From an uncultured virus (IMG/VR IMGVR_UViG_3300025410_000018) (Duplodnaviria > Heunggongvirae > Uroviricota > Caudoviricetes), in IMG/VR virus record IMGVR_UViG_3300025410_000018: a stretch of 20,000 nucleotides of DNA; one strand, 5' to 3'. Positions 16,574-20,000 of this stretch are shown here, in pieces. The notes beneath the pieces are model-generated. The model was not told where the DNA came from. It searched no databases and saw only the letters and a program-made list of their open reading frames with translations. Position 1 is the stretch's first letter, and every line of letters begins with the position of its first letter. The translations under genes and the position numbers were made by a program.

Positions 16574-17824
16574 ATGAGTACAGTATTTGATCGTATGTCC
16601 CCTGACCAACGCTTGATTGCTATTAACGTAGACTTCACGCATCACAAAGAGTTTGCTAAGTTATCAGGCGTTGCCTGTGTCGGTGTTAACATTTTCACCG
16701 ACGAGTTATCAACAGCAGGCACTAACGGCAGAGACGTTATGTATAACCCTGAGTTTGTTATGAAGCAGAGCCGTAAGCAGTTACGCTTTGTTGTTGCCCA
16801 TGAGACATTACATAAAGCCTTGCGTCATTGCACAGAGTATGACGAGATATGTAAACGTGAGCCGACTGCTAGTAATATCGCTATGGACTATGTTGTTAAC
16901 GCTATGATTCACGAAGCCGACCCTAACCTTGAGTTCGTCGAGTGGACTACTGACCCTGAGCCGTTGTTACATCAGAAGTATTATGGCTGGTCATTCGTTC
17001 AGGTTCTCAAAGATATTATGCAGAACTCTAAGACAATCAACGTCAAGCCTAAAGGTGATGGCGATGATGATGGCGATGGTGACATCAAGATGCGTGTGTT
17101 CTTTGACCCTGATGGCAAGCCGATTGACGCTGACTTTGATTCGCATATCATTGGTAAGATTTCAGATGACATCAAAGAAACCAACGACAGACAGATTAGT
17201 GATGCCAACCATCAAGGTAGTATTCTTGCTCAGAAGATTGCAGGCAAGGGCGTAGGTAATGGTGCGTTAGATGGTGCATTGGTCAAGCGTGATACTAACT
17301 GGCGTGAGTATGTTAAGGAGTGGTTAGCTTCTGTGTGCGATGGTGATGAGTATTCCAAGTACAGTCCCCCTAACAAACGTATGCTACCTTTAGGCTTCAT
17401 CATGCCATCACATTTCAGCGAGACTACTGGCGAGATTGTTGTTGCTTGCGATACGTCAGGTTCAATGGGTGGGTTATATCCTACTGTGTTCGGTGAGATT
17501 GCACGCATCTGTCAGAATCTTAACCCTGAGTCTGTGCGTGTACTGTGGTGGGAGTACGAGGTTGTCGGTGAGCAGATATTCAAGCCGATTGATTACCACA
17601 AGATCGGTTCGCTTATGAAGCCTGTGGGTGGTGGTGGCACACGTGTTACCTGTGTCGCTGAGTATATCGAGAGTAATCGTATCAAACCAAAAGGTATTAT
17701 CTATCTGACCGACGGCTACATCGAGTCAGACTATCGCTTGCCTGACTTCCCTGTGTTGTTTGGTGCAGTAGATAATGATTCATTCGTAGCATCACGTGGT
17801 AAGACTGTTCGTATTTATTCGTGA
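16574..17824 (+). CDS. HExxH metallopeptidase-like + VWA domain protein (DUF2201-like)
   Basis: TAGTNG, HETLH and NIAMDYVVN in the N-terminal part; MIDAS DTSGS, GGGGT and YLTDGY in the C-terminal part. Confidence 0.9.
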   Translation: MSTVFDRMSPDQRLIAINVDFTHHKEFAKLSGVACVGVNIFTDELSTAGTNGRDVMYNPEFVMKQSRKQLRFVVAHETLHKALRHCTEYDEICKREPTASNIAMDYVVNAMIHEADPNLEFVEWTTDPEPLLHQKYYGWSFVQVLKDIMQNSKTINVKPKGDGDDDGDGDIKMRVFFDPDGKPIDADFDSHIIGKISDDIKETNDRQISDANHQGSILAQKIAGKGVGNGALDGALVKRDTNWREYVKEWLASVCDGDEYSKYSPPNKRMLPLGFIMPSHFSETTGEIVVACDTSGSMGGLYPTVFGEIARICQNLNPESVRVLWWEYEVVGEQIFKPIDYHKIGSLMKPVGGGGTRVTCVAEYIESNRIKPKGIIYLTDGYIESDYRLPDFPVLFGAVDNDSFVASRGKTVRIYS

Positions 17825-17831
17825 GATGTAG

Positions 17832-18221
17832 ATGCTTAGCGAGGAAGAACTCAAAGAGCGACGGAGGGCGTACAACAGTACGCCTCGTGCGAAAGAATTA
17901 AAAAAGGAACAAAAAAAAAGATACTACGAAAAAAACAAGGAGAAAGTAAACGCTTATAAAAGAGCGTATAGAAAACGTGCTTATGTATTTGCAAAAGAAA
18001 AAGAAGCAGCTACTTTGTACAACAAGTCACCGAAAGGAAAGGAGTGTAAACGCAAGCAAAAAGAAAAAGTAAGAGAAACATTACCTCTTTGGTATGTTCG
18101 TGAAAAGATGGCTCAAGGTACACGACTTAAGTCATCAGACATACCTAAAGAACTAGCCGAAGCAAAACGTGTACAACTTTTAATTAAACGAGAGAAAGCT
18201 AAACATGAAAAACGTAACTGA
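17832..18221 (+). CDS. Highly basic helical protein (HNH-like N-terminus, no nuclease motif)
   Basis: 129 aa with K/R/Y repeats (KRYYEKNKEK, YNKSPKGKE); very A-rich DNA. Confidence 0.7.
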   Translation: MLSEEELKERRRAYNSTPRAKELKKEQKKRYYEKNKEKVNAYKRAYRKRAYVFAKEKEAATLYNKSPKGKECKRKQKEKVRETLPLWYVREKMAQGTRLKSSDIPKELAEAKRVQLLIKREKAKHEKRN

Positions 18222-18396
18222 ATTAAGAAATGAATTGTCCCAAGTGTTTAATGACCTACGTACAGGTAGCATTAAACACAAGGAAGCTGGCGAGTTAGCA
18301 AACATTGCAGGCAAAATGATTAACTCTGCAAAGGTACAGTTAGAGTATTACGCACTAGCAAAACAAACACCTGACATCCCATTTTTAGATAACTAA
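18205..18396 (+). CDS. Small helical hypothetical protein
   Basis: 63 aa overlapping the upstream gene; ELRNEL...A....IAGKMINSAKVQLEY. Confidence 0.75.
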   Translation: MKNVTELRNELSQVFNDLRTGSIKHKEAGELANIAGKMINSAKVQLEYYALAKQTPDIPFLDN

Positions 18397-18436
18397 TATT
18401 TATTTTTAAACAATTAACACTAAAGGAAAACATAAT

Positions 18437-19312
18437 ATGAACGCTAGATATAACATCGACACTTGTGCAATGTTGGTTGAGTTTAATGCAAGCCAATGGA
18501 CTGCACGCAAGTTAGATAAGAGTACCACCGATGAAGTTCTCAAAGGCAAGCAAGCAGGTGATAAAGGTGCGGCTCGTGTTAACAAGAACTTACTCGCAGG
18601 TCGTAAAGAGTTAGAGATTATCAACCAGTTAGTAGGTGAGGTACGTACCTATATGTATAACAACACCTTGCCGTGGAGTGATACAGGTATTCGCTTACTG
18701 CCTACTGCTAAGTTCATGGACTTTAATGATACGATGGCTACCTACGAAAGTAAGTTCAATGATTTAGTTGACGAATTTATTTCTGTTTATCCTACGCTGA
18801 TTACTGCTCAGGCTATGGCGTTGGGTGATATGTTTAACAGAAGTGATTTCCCTGCACCTAGTGATATTGCTCATCGCTTTAACTTCCGTCTTAACTTCAT
18901 GCCTGTACCAACGGCAGGTGATTTTCGTATTGACGTAGGTAATGACGCTCAGAAAGAAATTAAGGAGAAGCTTTCCAAACTTGCTGACGAGCGTATTGAT
19001 AATGCGATGCGTGATATAAAGACTAGACTCAAAGACCATCTAGCTAGAATGTCTGACAGGTTAGCCGTAGATGTTATTAACCAAGAAGTCAAGACAAGAA
19101 CATTCCACGATAGCTTACTGCATACTGCACATGACTTATGTAATCTAGTTAAGTCGCTTAATGTAACTAACGATCAAAGCTTAGAAGAAGCACGCAAGGC
19201 GTTAGAGAAAGCTATCAATGGTGTTGATATTCAAGACTTACGTAAGGATATGCCTACTCGTAACGAGGTCAAGGCTAATGTCGATGAGATTTTAAACAAG
19301 TTCAGTTTCTAA
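18437..19312 (+). CDS. DUF3150-like helical protein, probable partner of the AAA+/VWA pair
   Basis: 291 aa with WTARKLD, TLPW...G.RLLP and FP...I..RF motifs. Family assignment rests on recall and gene context. Confidence 0.55.
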   Translation: MNARYNIDTCAMLVEFNASQWTARKLDKSTTDEVLKGKQAGDKGAARVNKNLLAGRKELEIINQLVGEVRTYMYNNTLPWSDTGIRLLPTAKFMDFNDTMATYESKFNDLVDEFISVYPTLITAQAMALGDMFNRSDFPAPSDIAHRFNFRLNFMPVPTAGDFRIDVGNDAQKEIKEKLSKLADERIDNAMRDIKTRLKDHLARMSDRLAVDVINQEVKTRTFHDSLLHTAHDLCNLVKSLNVTNDQSLEEARKALEKAINGVDIQDLRKDMPTRNEVKANVDEILNKFSF

Positions 19313-19322
19313 GGAGAAGTAC

Positions 19323-19562
19323 ATGAGATTATATTCAAAAGGTTTTAACTCAGTACGTCGTGCTGTATTTGGTTTAACGATTGATGAGATAGAAGTTATA
19401 AGCGATAACCCTTTGCATGGCGTAATAACGCCACACGTTATGGCAAACCTACGTAAGAGCAATGATAAGAAAGTTAATCAGAAGCTACGAGAGATGGGTA
19501 ACAAGTGGTTGTGTCACCCTAGTAATCATGTTAAACGCTTAGACGGAAAGGAGTATAGATAG
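19323..19562 (+). CDS. Hypothetical protein
   Basis: 79 aa; AAGGAG RBS; MGNKWLCHPSN motif. Confidence 0.7.
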   Translation: MRLYSKGFNSVRRAVFGLTIDEIEVISDNPLHGVITPHVMANLRKSNDKKVNQKLREMGNKWLCHPSNHVKRLDGKEYR

Positions 19563-19563
19563 T

Positions 19564-19746
19564 ATGCAGTTAAATATACCTGTGTTCACGGCAATACGAT
19601 ACATGGTATATGAACTGGGCAGACCCCTACGGGGGTTTGCTACAAAAGCTGAAGCTGAAGCATTTGTGGCTAAAGATGAAGACCTACGAATAGTTCACAT
19701 ACCTACGAAGTTTAAAACATTTGAAGTAGATGAAGCACCATTTTAA
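19564..19746 (+). CDS. Hypothetical protein
   Basis: 60 aa; AAGGAG RBS. Confidence 0.65.
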   Translation: MQLNIPVFTAIRYMVYELGRPLRGFATKAEAEAFVAKDEDLRIVHIPTKFKTFEVDEAPF

Positions 19747-19758
19747 GAAAGGAAGTAA

Positions 19759-20000
19759 ATGAATTTATATCAAACAGAACCAGTACGACAACGCTACAAA
19801 GTATCGTGGTCAGAAGAATACATATTGGGTTATGTCGACGAACAAGGTAGTACCAATACCAAGAGCATACTAGATAAGGCACATGGTGTTATGTCGTTGG
19901 CAACAACCCATAAGTATCTCACAAACTTGTTAGACAAAGGATTATTAAAGCAAGGTAGAAACCCTAAAGATAAAAGAGTTACTATCATCACTATGACTAA
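19759..20000 (+). CDS. MarR-family winged-helix regulator (3' truncated, not in ORF track)
   Basis: MNLYQTEPVRQRYKVSWSEEYILGYV...MSLATTHKYLTNLLDKGLLKQGRNPKDKRVTIITMT: HTH followed by L..KGLL and the D-x-R wing motif; AAAGGA RBS. Confidence 0.8.
   Translation, partial: MNLYQTEPVRQRYKVSWSEEYILGYVDEQGSTNTKSILDKAHGVMSLATTHKYLTNLLDKGLLKQGRNPKDKRVTIITMT

Noticed and set aside
17053..17083. GATGGCGATGAT-type short repeats
   Set aside because: They encode the low-complexity G/D linker between the peptidase-like and VWA domains.
1..20000. tRNA genes, integrase/att sites, introns or inteins, recoded stop codons
   Set aside because: No cloverleaf or recombinase motifs seen. terL, portal and capsid genes are uninterrupted and of ordinary length under the standard code.

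Overview
Segment of a tailed dsDNA bacteriophage genome with two divergent halves. The left half (1-8672, minus strand) is the packaging/head operon: small and large terminase, portal, a small protein, a GroES-like co-chaperonin, an HNH endonuclease, a scaffold, two head-associated proteins and the major capsid protein. The right half (9072-20000, plus strand) is an early/host-takeover region of many small, often very acidic ORFs, a MoxR-like AAA+ ATPase / HExxH-peptidase-VWA / DUF3150-like triad and a MarR-like wHTH regulator cut by the window end. The non-coding DNA is the most informative part. (1) A promoter-to-terminator unit of about 70 nt at 8755-8823 is antisense to the RBS/start codon of several early genes (21/22 nt for one), and its promoter lies back-to-back with the likely late promoter. 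(2) A 17-bp palindrome GTGGAG-N5-CTCCAC occurs four times in the early region. (3) A degenerate inverted repeat of about 100 bp with GTCCA iterons flanks an AT-rich core (probable origin). (4) CCGG, GATC and GCGC sites are strongly depleted in the early half only. All motif matches and counts were made by eye; family names are from recall, not database searches.
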